In this document: positions 9,794-21,662 of the stretch, one piece after another
How the letters are laid out: each line of letters starts with the position of its first letter
Position numbering within the stretch: the first letter of the stretch is position 1
Source of the DNA: an uncultured Succinatimonas sp.
GTDB lineage: Bacteria > Pseudomonadota > Gammaproteobacteria > Enterobacterales > Succinivibrionaceae
Assembly (NCBI GenBank): GCA_938014345.1
Contig: CALLSM010000036.1
Coordinates: 1,672-65,671, forward strand
Length of the DNA: 64,000 bases
Direction: 5' to 3'
Made by a program: the position numbers and the translations under genes
Notes under the pieces: model-generated
Database searches by the model: none
The model's input: the letters and a program-made list of their open reading frames with translations, nothing else
What the model was told of the DNA's origin: nothing

Positions 9794-11455
9794 TTAGTGC
9801 ATATTTAAGCGATTGATGAGCGCGGCTAATTCCTTGCCAGTAAAGAGATTCATAACCTCGTTATAGAGCTCAAGATCAAAAGCAGGCTCTAGCTGCGTGT
9901 CTAAATTGAGTTGTTCCACAGCATTGCGCATGCGGCCTATTTGATAGCCATCGACGGCATAATAGGTAACACCGAGCTTATAGAAGAAAGGTAAAAGCTC
10001 AATGCGTGGAGCATAGCGACCGGCCACACCGATAGGAATATGCGCCTCGTGGGCAGCCTTAGCGGCCATGACAATCATCTTAGCTAAAGCCGGGGTAAAG
10101 GCAATGTCAGCGGGGCGGGGTGCTGAGGCGTATTCAGCAAGAGAACTTGTGCCGATAATGATCATCGAACAATCGACGGAGATACCCTGAGCGCATAATA
10201 CTGAGGACGGGGTTTCACTCATAAAGCCTACCTCATAACTGCCATGCTGTATGCCGAGCTCTGAGAGTTCATGACAGCAGGAAATGGCTAGATTTTTAAG
10301 GTAGAGCGCCTCAGAGAGTCTAGTTATGAGCGGGAAGATAATGCGGATATTGCGACCACAGGCGGCACGCAAGAGGGCGCGGATCTCCTTCTTTAAAAGG
10401 CGCGAGCCTACTTCGGCACCATAACCTTTAAGCGGCCCCTGATCGTCTAAATGCACTCTAAATAGCGGCTTTTTATCATCAGCAAAGTCAAAGGTACGAG
10501 CGGTGATCGGCGCTGTCGGTGAGATGGGTTTAAAGAGCTTAGCAAAAGCTTCAGTCATCTCCTCTTCAGTAGGTTCATGATCATAACCTAAGAATAAAAA
10601 TTCCGAGCGTAAGAGCCCTAGACCATGGGTGGTATAGAGCGAATTACCATTGAGCTGACGGATAGCACCGACGGCACCGGCGATGGTGACATTGATGAGT
10701 GAGTCATCGGTGGTGACCTCATGGAAGAGGTCAAGCTTTTCAAGCATGGCCTTAGCGGTATTTTCCTCAGGATCGACCACCAAGACGCCGTTATTGCCAT
10801 CTACGAGCAATTTAGTGCCGTTTTCAATGGAGGTTGCCCCTTGCACACCGAAGATAGCCGGAATGCCTAATTCACGTAAGACTACACCTAAATGGCCTGA
10901 ATCGCGGCCAAACTCTAAGACTACAGCCTGTACCTTTTCGACATCTAAGGATAAAAAGAGCGCTGGGGAGAGATTTTCCGCCACAATGACGGCTTTTTCT
11001 TTGAGATTAGGTAAAACTACGGTGGAGTCATCGCGCTTGTGCAAAGAGCCGATAAATTCTAAGAGGAGGGATTTAATCTCCTTATTATCATTTAAAAGCT
11101 CCGGATCTTTACTGTGGTTGAAACTTTCAAGCTTGCCTAAAAGTACGCTCTTACACGCGGTGATGGCGGAGCAACCGCGATTGATGAGGTCGATAATATC
11201 GTGGTTATTACCTTTGTCGGTGAGAAAACCGGCAGCGGCGCCGAAGAGATCACGGATGCGATCTTGACCTGGATTTACAATCTGACGCAGACGGTTGGCA
11301 AATTGTGTGCTTTTCTTTTGGAATTTGTCGATTTCCTCCTGAGGATCGATGGCATAGAGCTTATCCTCAGTATTAAATCTTCCGGGTCTAGAAACGGTAA
11401 CTGCCGGAGCAAAGCCTACTCCAGCGGCAATGGAGACTCCCGACAAAGTGTACAT
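9794..11455 (-). CDS. ptsI: Phosphoenolpyruvate-protein phosphotransferase (PTS enzyme I), divergent
   Basis: The N-terminus LSGVSIAAGVGFAPAVTV resembles EI ISGILASPGIAFGKALLL. A phosphohistidine loop (GRDSGHLGVVLRELGIPAIFG) and a C-terminal PEP-utilising TIM barrel are present. The gene lies immediately upstream of crr. Confidence 0.8.
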   Translation of the reverse strand: MYTLSGVSIAAGVGFAPAVTVSRPGRFNTEDKLYAIDPQEEIDKFQKKSTQFANRLRQIVNPGQDRIRDLFGAAAGFLTDKGNNHDIIDLINRGCSAITACKSVLLGKLESFNHSKDPELLNDNKEIKSLLLEFIGSLHKRDDSTVVLPNLKEKAVIVAENLSPALFLSLDVEKVQAVVLEFGRDSGHLGVVLRELGIPAIFGVQGATSIENGTKLLVDGNNGVLVVDPEENTAKAMLEKLDLFHEVTTDDSLINVTIAGAVGAIRQLNGNSLYTTHGLGLLRSEFLFLGYDHEPTEEEMTEAFAKLFKPISPTAPITARTFDFADDKKPLFRVHLDDQGPLKGYGAEVGSRLLKKEIRALLRAACGRNIRIIFPLITRLSEALYLKNLAISCCHELSELGIQHGSYEVGFMSETPSSVLCAQGISVDCSMIIIGTSSLAEYASAPRPADIAFTPALAKMIVMAAKAAHEAHIPIGVAGRYAPRIELLPFFYKLGVTYYAVDGYQIGRMRNAVEQLNLDTQLEPAFDLELYNEVMNLFTGKELAALINRLNMH

Positions 11456-11458
11456 GTG

Positions 11459-12223
11459 TTATCCTTTTGCGAGGTTATAGAATTTTTGCATTTCTAAATA
11501 ATAACAAGTTCCGGCACATACAGCTGCGGGGGGTACCAAAATATTGAGAATTGGTACGGATAAAGCTACTGCGACTACCGCACCAAAGGTAAAGGTGGGC
11601 ATGGCATTAGCTTTAAGATCCTGCTTCATAAGGCTAAAAGGAATCTTGTGGTTATCATAAGCATAGTCACAATATTGCAAACAACCCATCCATGAGGTCA
11701 ATAAAAACCATAAAATCGGGGCAATTAAATTGAGCAATGGGATAAAGGTCACAATTAGGCAGATTAAAGCTAAGGGAATAAAGAAGAGTTGCTTTTGAAA
11801 TTCACGCTTTAAAATACGCGGCACATCCTTAAGAATGTCGACAAGCCCCATATCCTCAGAGGCAGTGCCATTGAGTTTCATCTCCACCTTATCGGCAAGT
11901 AGACCATAGAAGGGGGAGGCAATAATGGTGGCGACCGTTGAGAAGAAATAACAGCTGACGAAGATAAGTAAGATGGCAAAGATAGCTGAGAAGATATAAG
12001 CTAAAAATAAAAGATAATCAGGCCACATCTCAACAAGCTGAAAGACCCAATCTTTAATATAGGTAAAGAGCAGATAGCCTACGAGGCTCATTAAAATAAG
12101 GTTGATGAGTACTGGAATGAGTATATATAGGCGGCAATCTTTTGATAATGCCAATTTAATGCCTAAGCTTAGATATTTAAACGCATCGATAATAGAAATA
12201 TCGTTACGGTTAGGGGCTAACAT
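11459..12223 (-). CDS. cysZ: Sulfate transporter CysZ
   Basis: The 254-aa protein is collinear with E. coli CysZ (FFSTVA.IIA.PF.GLLA...DVPRI.KRE.QK ... L.QYCDY..DNHK.PF). Confidence 0.85.
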   Translation of the reverse strand: MLAPNRNDISIIDAFKYLSLGIKLALSKDCRLYILIPVLINLILMSLVGYLLFTYIKDWVFQLVEMWPDYLLFLAYIFSAIFAILLIFVSCYFFSTVATIIASPFYGLLADKVEMKLNGTASEDMGLVDILKDVPRILKREFQKQLFFIPLALICLIVTFIPLLNLIAPILWFLLTSWMGCLQYCDYAYDNHKIPFSLMKQDLKANAMPTFTFGAVVAVALSVPILNILVPPAAVCAGTCYYLEMQKFYNLAKG

Positions 12224-12341
12224 AGAAAATTCTCCGTGCTAAAAATAGTTTTTTTATTTTGATTTTTATATATAAGTTTGACCTTTCTATATAATACCAT
12301 CATTAGAGATCGCATCGGTTTTGTACTGTGGAGAGAAATAG

Positions 12342-15190
<2,849 letters not shown>

Positions 15191-15201
15191 GATTAGGATA
15201 A

Positions 15202-16005
15202 ATGCCTTCTTTAAGTTTTATTGTCAGTTCTAAAGTTCAAAAATTTATTATTTTTGTCATTATCGTCAATGCCATTACTCTAGGTCTTATGACCTCGCAT
15301 AAGCTGATGGCGCTCTGCGGAGGCTTGCTAAATTTTTTAGATAACCTCGCCTTGGCGATTTTTACTGTCGAACTTTTAGTCAAGATCGCCTATCAGCGTT
15401 TAGGCTTTTTTAAGGATCCGTGGAATATCTTTGATTTTCTGATTGTCGGTATCTCCTATGTACCGGCAACGGCCGGCCTTAAGGTCATGCGTGCGCTGCG
15501 TATTTTAAGAATCTTCCGCCTGATCTCTTCAATGCCGCGTCTGCGCATGATTGTGCAATCGCTCATCACCTCTCTTCCGAGCATAGGCTGGATCGTATTG
15601 TTATTATTCCTCGTCTTCTATGTCTTTGCGGTGATGGCCACGACTTTATTTGGCTCATCCTTCCCTGAGTGGTTCGGTTCTTTAAGCGAATCCTTCTTCA
15701 CACTCTTTCAGATCATGACCTTAGAGAGTTGGGCTATGGGGGTGGCAAGACCTGTGATGGAGGTTTATCCTTACGCTTTCTTATTTTTCATTCCCTTTGT
15801 CATGCTCAGCACCTTTGTGATCTTAAATGTGTTCGTGGCCATTGTGGTCAACGGTATGAGTGAGACTCGCGATAGTGAAAATCAAACTGAAGTTAAGGCT
15901 AATTCTCAAAATGAGGATTTAGAGGAGCTCAAAGGTGAGGTCAAGGCTTTAAGAGCACAGATTCAAGAGCTTACAGCTTTAATGAAAGCGCAGGATAAAC
16001 ACTAA
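15202..16005 (+). CDS. Bacterial voltage-gated sodium channel (NaChBac/BacNav family) with C-terminal coiled coil
   Basis: There are six hydrophobic segments. The S4 segment MRALRILRIFRLIS has Arg at every third position. The pore filter is FQIMTLESWAMG (TLESW). A coiled coil is present (EDLEELKGEVKALRAQIQELTALMKAQ). Confidence 0.8.
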   Translation: MPSLSFIVSSKVQKFIIFVIIVNAITLGLMTSHKLMALCGGLLNFLDNLALAIFTVELLVKIAYQRLGFFKDPWNIFDFLIVGISYVPATAGLKVMRALRILRIFRLISSMPRLRMIVQSLITSLPSIGWIVLLLFLVFYVFAVMATTLFGSSFPEWFGSLSESFFTLFQIMTLESWAMGVARPVMEVYPYAFLFFIPFVMLSTFVILNVFVAIVVNGMSETRDSENQTEVKANSQNEDLEELKGEVKALRAQIQELTALMKAQDKH

Positions 16006-16064
16006 GAGAGTTGTAAGCAGAAATGATCCCAGTAAGTTTGTTTAAACTTACTGGGTTTTATTAT

Positions 16065-17066
16065 TTAATAACCGCGATTATTACCTTCGGTATCGTATTT
16101 GTAATTAGAGGCATTTTGACCATCAGTACCGATAGCCTGCTCTAATTTAGCGGCATGCTCGACGGGGATGAGTAAGCCGTGATGATTGTCGATCTTATCG
16201 GAAAGATAACCGGCATTCAGACGTTTTAAAGTCTCAATGTGAGCGCCGGAGATATGTGCAACCTTTGAAAGAGAGTTGACATGATCGGCCACTTCCACGC
16301 GCTTGAAGGCAGGACGATTTTTAATTTCCGGCAGATTTACATGGTATTGCTCGGGATTCTTTAGGATATCAGCATAGGCGCGGAAGCGCTTAACATAATT
16401 ACGGGCACCGCGGCTGAGGCGGACATCAGCGGCGGATTTGACATCAATACCACGGGCGCGGGCGGCTTCAAGAGCTTTTCTAACTCCATATTCGCCTTGA
16501 TTATAAGCGGCGACTACTAATTCCCAATTGCCTAAATCTTTATACATGCGCTTTAGATATTTAACTGAGGCTTTAGTGGATTTAACAAAATCATAAAGCT
16601 CATCATAATTACCACTACGATTAAGGCCTACAGAGCGACCGGTAGCGCGGATATATTGCCAAGCACCGTGAGCGCCGTTATTAGCACGTACCTGCGGATT
16701 GATGCCACTTTCAATGAGGGGAATGGCGGCAAGCTCTATGGGGAGATCGTTATTTTTAAGTTCACTGAGTAAAAAGTGGACGAAAATTTCTGATCTTTTT
16801 AAATTATTGATAACGGTTTTAGCACAGTAGCGGGCGAGAGCTTTTTCTTCAGCATTAGGGGAAATATTGAGCTGAAAGCGACTGTCATCGGCAAGGGAGC
16901 TGTCCCAGACATTCTTTTGTTCCTCAGCTTGACGTAACATTTCGGCATAAGAGGAGTCATAACTTCGGACGTTATTTATAGCCTGCGCATTAGTGCTACA
17001 GGCACTGAGGGTTAATACTGATAAAGACAGTATCCCCAGAACTTTCAAAAGAGACTTTCTCATCAT
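16065..17066 (-). CDS. Membrane-bound lytic murein transglycosylase (MltD-like lipoprotein)
   Basis: A lipobox (LTLSAC) and an SLT catalytic motif (ESGINPQVRANNGAHGAWQY) are present, with a degenerate LysM-like C-terminus. Its position next to rnhA mirrors E. coli mltD. Confidence 0.7.
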   Translation of the reverse strand: MMRKSLLKVLGILSLSVLTLSACSTNAQAINNVRSYDSSYAEMLRQAEEQKNVWDSSLADDSRFQLNISPNAEEKALARYCAKTVINNLKRSEIFVHFLLSELKNNDLPIELAAIPLIESGINPQVRANNGAHGAWQYIRATGRSVGLNRSGNYDELYDFVKSTKASVKYLKRMYKDLGNWELVVAAYNQGEYGVRKALEAARARGIDVKSAADVRLSRGARNYVKRFRAYADILKNPEQYHVNLPEIKNRPAFKRVEVADHVNSLSKVAHISGAHIETLKRLNAGYLSDKIDNHHGLLIPVEHAAKLEQAIGTDGQNASNYKYDTEGNNRGY

Positions 17067-17103
17067 CTTTAAATTCCGATCTTTACTATCTGTTAGAAGT
17101 TAA

Positions 17104-17565
17104 TCACGCGTCAAAACCAGAATCTTCAATAAGATCATCGCCACTTGCACAAGCGCGAGCTAATTTATCACAACGTTCGTTTTCTACATGTCCGGCATGA
17201 CCCTTAACCCATTCCCAATGGATTTCATGCCTTTGGCATTCTTGATGTAACAGTTGCCATAAATCTTGGTTTTTGACTGGTTGTTTTTGGCTTGTCCGCC
17301 AGCCATTGCGGATCCAGCCCTTTAACCATTGTGTCATGCCATTTTTTACATATTGACTGTCGGTAATAACGGTAACTATGCAAGGCTGTTTTAAAGCTTG
17401 CAGGCCTTTGATTACAGCCATCAATTCCATACGATTATTAGTCGTAAGTTTATAACCACAAGCTAACTCTTTTTCATGTTCACGGTGGCGGAGTATGGCT
17501 GCATAACCACCCGGACCCGGATTTTTCAAACAGGAGCCGTCGGTGAATAGGGCAACTTCCTTCAT
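17104..17565 (-). CDS. rnhA: Ribonuclease HI
   Basis: The protein is 153 aa with the DGSC ... TNNRMEL ... TDSQY motifs. Confidence 0.93.
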   Translation of the reverse strand: MKEVALFTDGSCLKNPGPGGYAAILRHREHEKELACGYKLTTNNRMELMAVIKGLQALKQPCIVTVITDSQYVKNGMTQWLKGWIRNGWRTSQKQPVKNQDLWQLLHQECQRHEIHWEWVKGHAGHVENERCDKLARACASGDDLIEDSGFDA

Positions 17566-17585
17566 AAGTCTGAGTCCATATATCG

Positions 17586-17648
17586 CACAAGGTTAAAACT
17601 AGTTAAGCATATGCTATTTAAGTTATAGGCTCAGTTCACAAGGTTAAA
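17586..17648. promoter_or_regulatory. Divergent rnhA/dnaQ promoter region with a 12-bp direct repeat flanking a 10-bp palindrome
   Basis: The repeat cacaaggttaaa occurs at 17586-17597 and 17637-17648. The palindrome agcatatgct lies between them. Confidence 0.35.
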
Positions 17649-17884
17649 GTCTCTAAAGAGAGAGGAGCTTGTTTAAAAATAAGCCTAAATAAATTATATG
17701 CTTTTTTCAACGTTAGTGATTATAGCACAAAAAACATCAAGATTTTCCTTTTAAAATCAATATGTTATAAAATGAGAGCTATTTTCGTAGTGCTATAATT
17801 AGAAAAATGCGCATTTGTCGTTATCAAAAAAGCTTTCTTAAGCTAAACTAAGGACACTTAGATTTTATTTAAAAAAGGTTTTTT

Positions 17885-18814
17885 ATGAAGCGTCAGGTAG
17901 CCTTAGATACAGAAACTACCGGTAAATCTGATGATGGTACTCCAGGCGATCACCGTATTATTGAAATCGGCTGTGTGGAGATCATCGATCGTAAGCTTAC
18001 TGGCAGACAGTTACAGCTTTATGTAAATCCTGAGCGCGCCGTGGATGAAGAGGCCTTTGGCGTTCACGGTATTTCCGATGAATTTTTACAGGATAAGCCG
18101 AAATTTGCCACTGTAGCTCATGAACTTATCGATTTTATCCGGGGCTCTGAGCTTCTCATTCATAACGCTAAGTTCGACGTCGGCTTTTTAGATAAGGAAT
18201 GGATGCTTTTAGGCATGTCTGAGCGCACCGCAGATATGGCGACAGTAGTCGATACCGTGTCTTTAGCCATGAAATTATGCCCAGGACATCAGGTAAACTT
18301 AGACAATCTCTGTAATATCTATGATGTCGACCGCTCAGCGCGTACCATGCACGGCGCGCTTTTAGATGCGCAGATCTTAGCTGAAGTCTATTTAGCCATG
18401 ACCGGTGGCCAGAAGTCCTTTAACTTTGGGGATGGGCTATCGGCAGTTGAGGCTAAGCGCTGGTTACGTCCTCAAGGGGCGCACTTGCCACGCATGGGGG
18501 TGGAAGCACAAAGGCGTGCGGTACATATAGTCAATATGATCGAGCTCTCTCAAAGCCGCCCGCTTAGAGAAGTTGATGGCGTCAGCATGGGTGGTAGCAC
18601 GTGGAGTTCTGATTATGATTGCCCCTTTTTAAAGAAAGGTGAGGAAGAGGGCAAAAAAGAATATAAGGCGCGTTTAGCTCAACAAAAGCAGGAGCTTATG
18701 GACAAGCTTTTGACTGAGGAGCAACGTAAGTTATATGAGCAGTTCCTAGAGATCGACCATCAACAATATCAGGAATGGGAAGATCGCGTGATGGGCCGAG
18801 TTAAGAAAAGTTGA
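17885..18814 (+). CDS. dnaQ: DNA polymerase III epsilon subunit (3'-5' exonuclease) with an extended C-terminus
   Basis: The Exo I to Exo III motifs are present (ALDTETTG ... HNAKFDVGFL ... HGALLDAQILAEVY). The protein is 309 aa against about 243 aa in E. coli. Confidence 0.9.
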   Translation: MKRQVALDTETTGKSDDGTPGDHRIIEIGCVEIIDRKLTGRQLQLYVNPERAVDEEAFGVHGISDEFLQDKPKFATVAHELIDFIRGSELLIHNAKFDVGFLDKEWMLLGMSERTADMATVVDTVSLAMKLCPGHQVNLDNLCNIYDVDRSARTMHGALLDAQILAEVYLAMTGGQKSFNFGDGLSAVEAKRWLRPQGAHLPRMGVEAQRRAVHIVNMIELSQSRPLREVDGVSMGGSTWSSDYDCPFLKKGEEEGKKEYKARLAQQKQELMDKLLTEEQRKLYEQFLEIDHQQYQEWEDRVMGRVKKS

Positions 18815-18823
18815 GGAGAAATA

Positions 18824-19405
18824 ATGCTTTCATTTAATGTTTTAGACGACTTACGTGAGGAATATGCGGTTTTAGGTAATTTTATTGCCAAGCCCGATAC
18901 CCGTGAGTTGATTGAAAAGGCGATCGAGCTTATGGCCTCATCCTTAAAGGCTGAGGGCAAGATCATCTCCGCCGGTAATGGTGGCAGTATGTGCGATGCT
19001 CAGCATTTTGCCGAAGAACTCAGCGGCCGTTTTCGCGATGATCGCCCCGCTTATGCGGCCATTTCCATCTGCGATCCCTGTCATTTGACCTGTGTGGGCA
19101 ATGATTACGGCTTTGATTATGTCTTCTCCCGTTTTATGGAGGGTGTTGGCAAAAAAGGTGATGTCTTCTTAGGTATCTCTACCTCTGGCAATTCTAAGAA
19201 TATCATCGAGGCCTGCAAGGTCTGCAAAGAGCGCGGTATTAAGACCGTCTTATTATTAGGTAAGGATGGTGGCAAGCTTAAGGATGTCGGCGATGTCAAT
19301 CTCATCGTCCCGCATTGTGGTTATGCCGATCGTATTCAGGAAGTTCATACCATGATTATCCACATTATGATCCGTGGTATCGAGGAACTCATGGCTCAGG
19401 CCTAA
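18824..19405 (+). CDS. gmhA: Phosphoheptose (sedoheptulose-7-phosphate) isomerase, SIS domain
   Basis: GNGGSMCDAQHFAEELSGRF ... GISTSGNS ... ADRIQEVH matches GmhA better than DiaA. Length is 193 aa. Confidence 0.85.
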   Translation: MLSFNVLDDLREEYAVLGNFIAKPDTRELIEKAIELMASSLKAEGKIISAGNGGSMCDAQHFAEELSGRFRDDRPAYAAISICDPCHLTCVGNDYGFDYVFSRFMEGVGKKGDVFLGISTSGNSKNIIEACKVCKERGIKTVLLLGKDGGKLKDVGDVNLIVPHCGYADRIQEVHTMIIHIMIRGIEELMAQA

Positions 19406-19413
19406 TTTTAGAT

Positions 19414-19466
19414 GCGGATATTTTAATTTTGTTTAAATATCCGCACTATCTTCTTTATTTTTCAAG
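19414..19466 (+). terminator. Hairpin plus T-rich tract after gmhA
   Basis: The hairpin gcggatattt ... aaatatccgc is followed by ttctttatttttc. Confidence 0.55.
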
Positions 19467-19540
19467 CTTTTTCCCAAAACTTTCCGCAGTCTTTAAAGTC
19501 TTGTCGATTTATTTCCTAAGTTTTATTTTACAATTGTGTC

Positions 19541-19572
19541 GATAATTGTGATATTCACCACAAAATTATCGC
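19541..19572. promoter_or_regulatory. Imperfect palindrome about 30 bp upstream of the eptA-like start; candidate operator
   Basis: The sequence is cgataattgtg-N6-cacaaaattatcg. An adjacent acaattgt element at 19531-19538 is self-complementary. Confidence 0.3.
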
Positions 19573-19596
19573 TATTGTTAACTAGGTCTTAAATCC

Positions 19597-21249
19597 ATGC
19601 TAAATATAAAGTTTCCTTGGTATGCAGTTTTTTACGCTGTCGTTTTATATTTCTCTACCTTTTTAAATCAGCAGATCTTAAATCACTTCTATACCATCTT
19701 ATCTGATGCACCTAATGTCAGCACTTTATTCTATTTAACCCCGCCTTTAGTGCTGTTTTCAGCTTTAAGCTTAGTCTTTTTAGTTTTTAGCTCTAAATAT
19801 ATCTTCAAAGGCGTGATGGCCTTATTGATAGTCTCAGGTGCTTCTGTCGGTTATTTTGCTACTAAGTATGGCATCATCTTTGATTATGACATGATGATTA
19901 ACCTCATCTCTACTAATGTTGCTGAGGCGCGCGGTTATATCACCTTTGATTCGGTAATTGCGGTCTTTATCTATGGCTTAGTGCCAGCTGTGATCCTCTG
20001 TCTAATTAAGATTAAATGGCCTAAGTCTTTAGTGCGTGCGCTGTTACAGCGCATGGCGATAGCGGCAGTAGCCTTAGTGACCTTAGTAGCTATTGCTATT
20101 CCTTATTATCAAAATTATGCCTCGATAGGTCGCAATCACAGTATTTTGCGCAAGGAAATCTCTCCTTATAATTATGTCTATTATGGTTATAAGGCCCTAA
20201 AGCAGACCTATTTTCCGACGGTAGTTAAGTTTGATGCTTTTGGTTCTAAATCCTTTATCGACAATCCTGAGGAGCGTCCGGAGCTTTTTGTGGTAGTTGT
20301 AGGTGAGACTGCGCGAGCACAAAACTTTAAGCATAATGGTTATGCGCGCAATACTACTCCTTATACCGATAATCTCGATAATTTTGTGAAATTTGCTCCG
20401 GTAGAGAGTTGCGGTACCGCTACTGCTATATCGGTACCGTGTATGTTCTCTAGGCAAAATCGCGTCGATTATGATGAAGTGCGGGCACAAAACTCTAGTA
20501 ATCTTACCGATCTGCTTAAATATGCCGGTTATGATGTTTATTGGTATGACAATGACAGTGGCTGTAAGGGTGTCTGTAAGCGCATCAATAATGTCTTAAT
20601 TTCAAAAGATGATCCCAAGCTTCAGGGTAAATGTGGCGAGGATGGCTGTTATGATGAGGTACTCTTACCTTTGCTTAAAGAGCGTTTAGAGTTACAAGCG
20701 CAGAAGCAAAAGAGCACGATTATCTTTTTACATCTTATCGGCAGTCATGGTCCGACCTATTATGCCCGTGCTCCTGAGGATAAAAAGGTCTTTTTCCCTA
20801 CCTGCAATCGCGGTGATATTGAAAATTGTACACGCGAGGAGATCGTCAATGCTTATGACAATACCCTCGTCTATACCGATTATATACTGTCACAGGTAGT
20901 AGCTAAGCTTAAGCCCTATCAGGATAAGTTTGGTGTCGGTATGCTCTATATTTCCGATCATGGTGAGTCTTTAGGTGAGATGGGCTTATATCTGCATGGC
21001 TCTCCTTATGCTATCGCTCCTGAGGAGCAAAAGCGGGTGCCGCTTATGACCTATTTATCGCCATCCTTTATTGAGGATCATCATCTTGATATGCAGTGCT
21101 TACGCAATGAAGCTAAGTTATCTTTTAGTCACGATAACTTCTATCACAGTATGCTCGGTATCTTAGATGTGAACACTTCTTTCTATAATGACAAGCAAGA
21201 TCTGTTCTTAAAGTGCCGCATTTGGAAGAAGGGACCACATCAGGATTAG
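19597..21249 (+). CDS. eptA: Lipid A phosphoethanolamine transferase (EptA/PmrC/MCR family)
   Basis: There are five N-terminal transmembrane helices. The periplasmic sulfatase-like domain carries VVVVGETARA, CGTATA (nucleophilic Thr) and HLIGSHGP motifs. Length is 550 aa. Confidence 0.85.
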   Translation: MLNIKFPWYAVFYAVVLYFSTFLNQQILNHFYTILSDAPNVSTLFYLTPPLVLFSALSLVFLVFSSKYIFKGVMALLIVSGASVGYFATKYGIIFDYDMMINLISTNVAEARGYITFDSVIAVFIYGLVPAVILCLIKIKWPKSLVRALLQRMAIAAVALVTLVAIAIPYYQNYASIGRNHSILRKEISPYNYVYYGYKALKQTYFPTVVKFDAFGSKSFIDNPEERPELFVVVVGETARAQNFKHNGYARNTTPYTDNLDNFVKFAPVESCGTATAISVPCMFSRQNRVDYDEVRAQNSSNLTDLLKYAGYDVYWYDNDSGCKGVCKRINNVLISKDDPKLQGKCGEDGCYDEVLLPLLKERLELQAQKQKSTIIFLHLIGSHGPTYYARAPEDKKVFFPTCNRGDIENCTREEIVNAYDNTLVYTDYILSQVVAKLKPYQDKFGVGMLYISDHGESLGEMGLYLHGSPYAIAPEEQKRVPLMTYLSPSFIEDHHLDMQCLRNEAKLSFSHDNFYHSMLGILDVNTSFYNDKQDLFLKCRIWKKGPHQD

Positions 21250-21662
21250 AGCTTAGCGAAAATCTCGCCTTCAAGCTTTAAGATCGAGTTTAAGGCTAGA
21301 GAGATGCCCTGTGTAAGGTGGATAAAGCCTAAAGTAGTATCGATATTTTTAACAAAGCCTGAGGTAACGATATAATGGCCTCCGGCTTTTTTAGTATCAG
21401 GCTCAAAGCTTGTGATCTTGATAAAGGGCTTTTTATCTAAATGAGCCTTTAGAAAATTAAGGCGTAAATTGAGATCTTGCATACTCTCATCATCTAAGTG
21501 TTTAAAAGCAGTAGTCTCTCGTGAGGCTTCAATTATGGCCTCATCATGACCTGAGAGCGCATCAAAGGGTAAAAATTGCGCCGCACGTTCAGATTGCGTG
21601 AGCTTATGCACTATGCCGTCAAAGGGATAGGGGATATTGATGATATCGTCATAATTGCTCAT
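21246..21662 (-). CDS. YolD-like protein (proposed UmuD-equivalent accessory of Firmicute Y-family polymerases)
   Basis: The 138-aa protein has the motif SERAAQFLPFDALSGHDEAI, which matches the YolD-like family. It overlaps the polymerase stop by 4 nt. Confidence 0.6.
   Translation of the reverse strand: MSNYDDIINIPYPFDGIVHKLTQSERAAQFLPFDALSGHDEAIIEASRETTAFKHLDDESMQDLNLRLNFLKAHLDKKPFIKITSFEPDTKKAGGHYIVTSGFVKNIDTTLGFIHLTQGISLALNSILKLEGEIFAKL

Noticed and set aside
19315-19545. 76-aa ORF in the gmhA-eptA spacer
   Set aside because: It spans the gmhA terminator hairpin, has a F/L/Y-rich composition from AT-rich DNA, and has no RBS.
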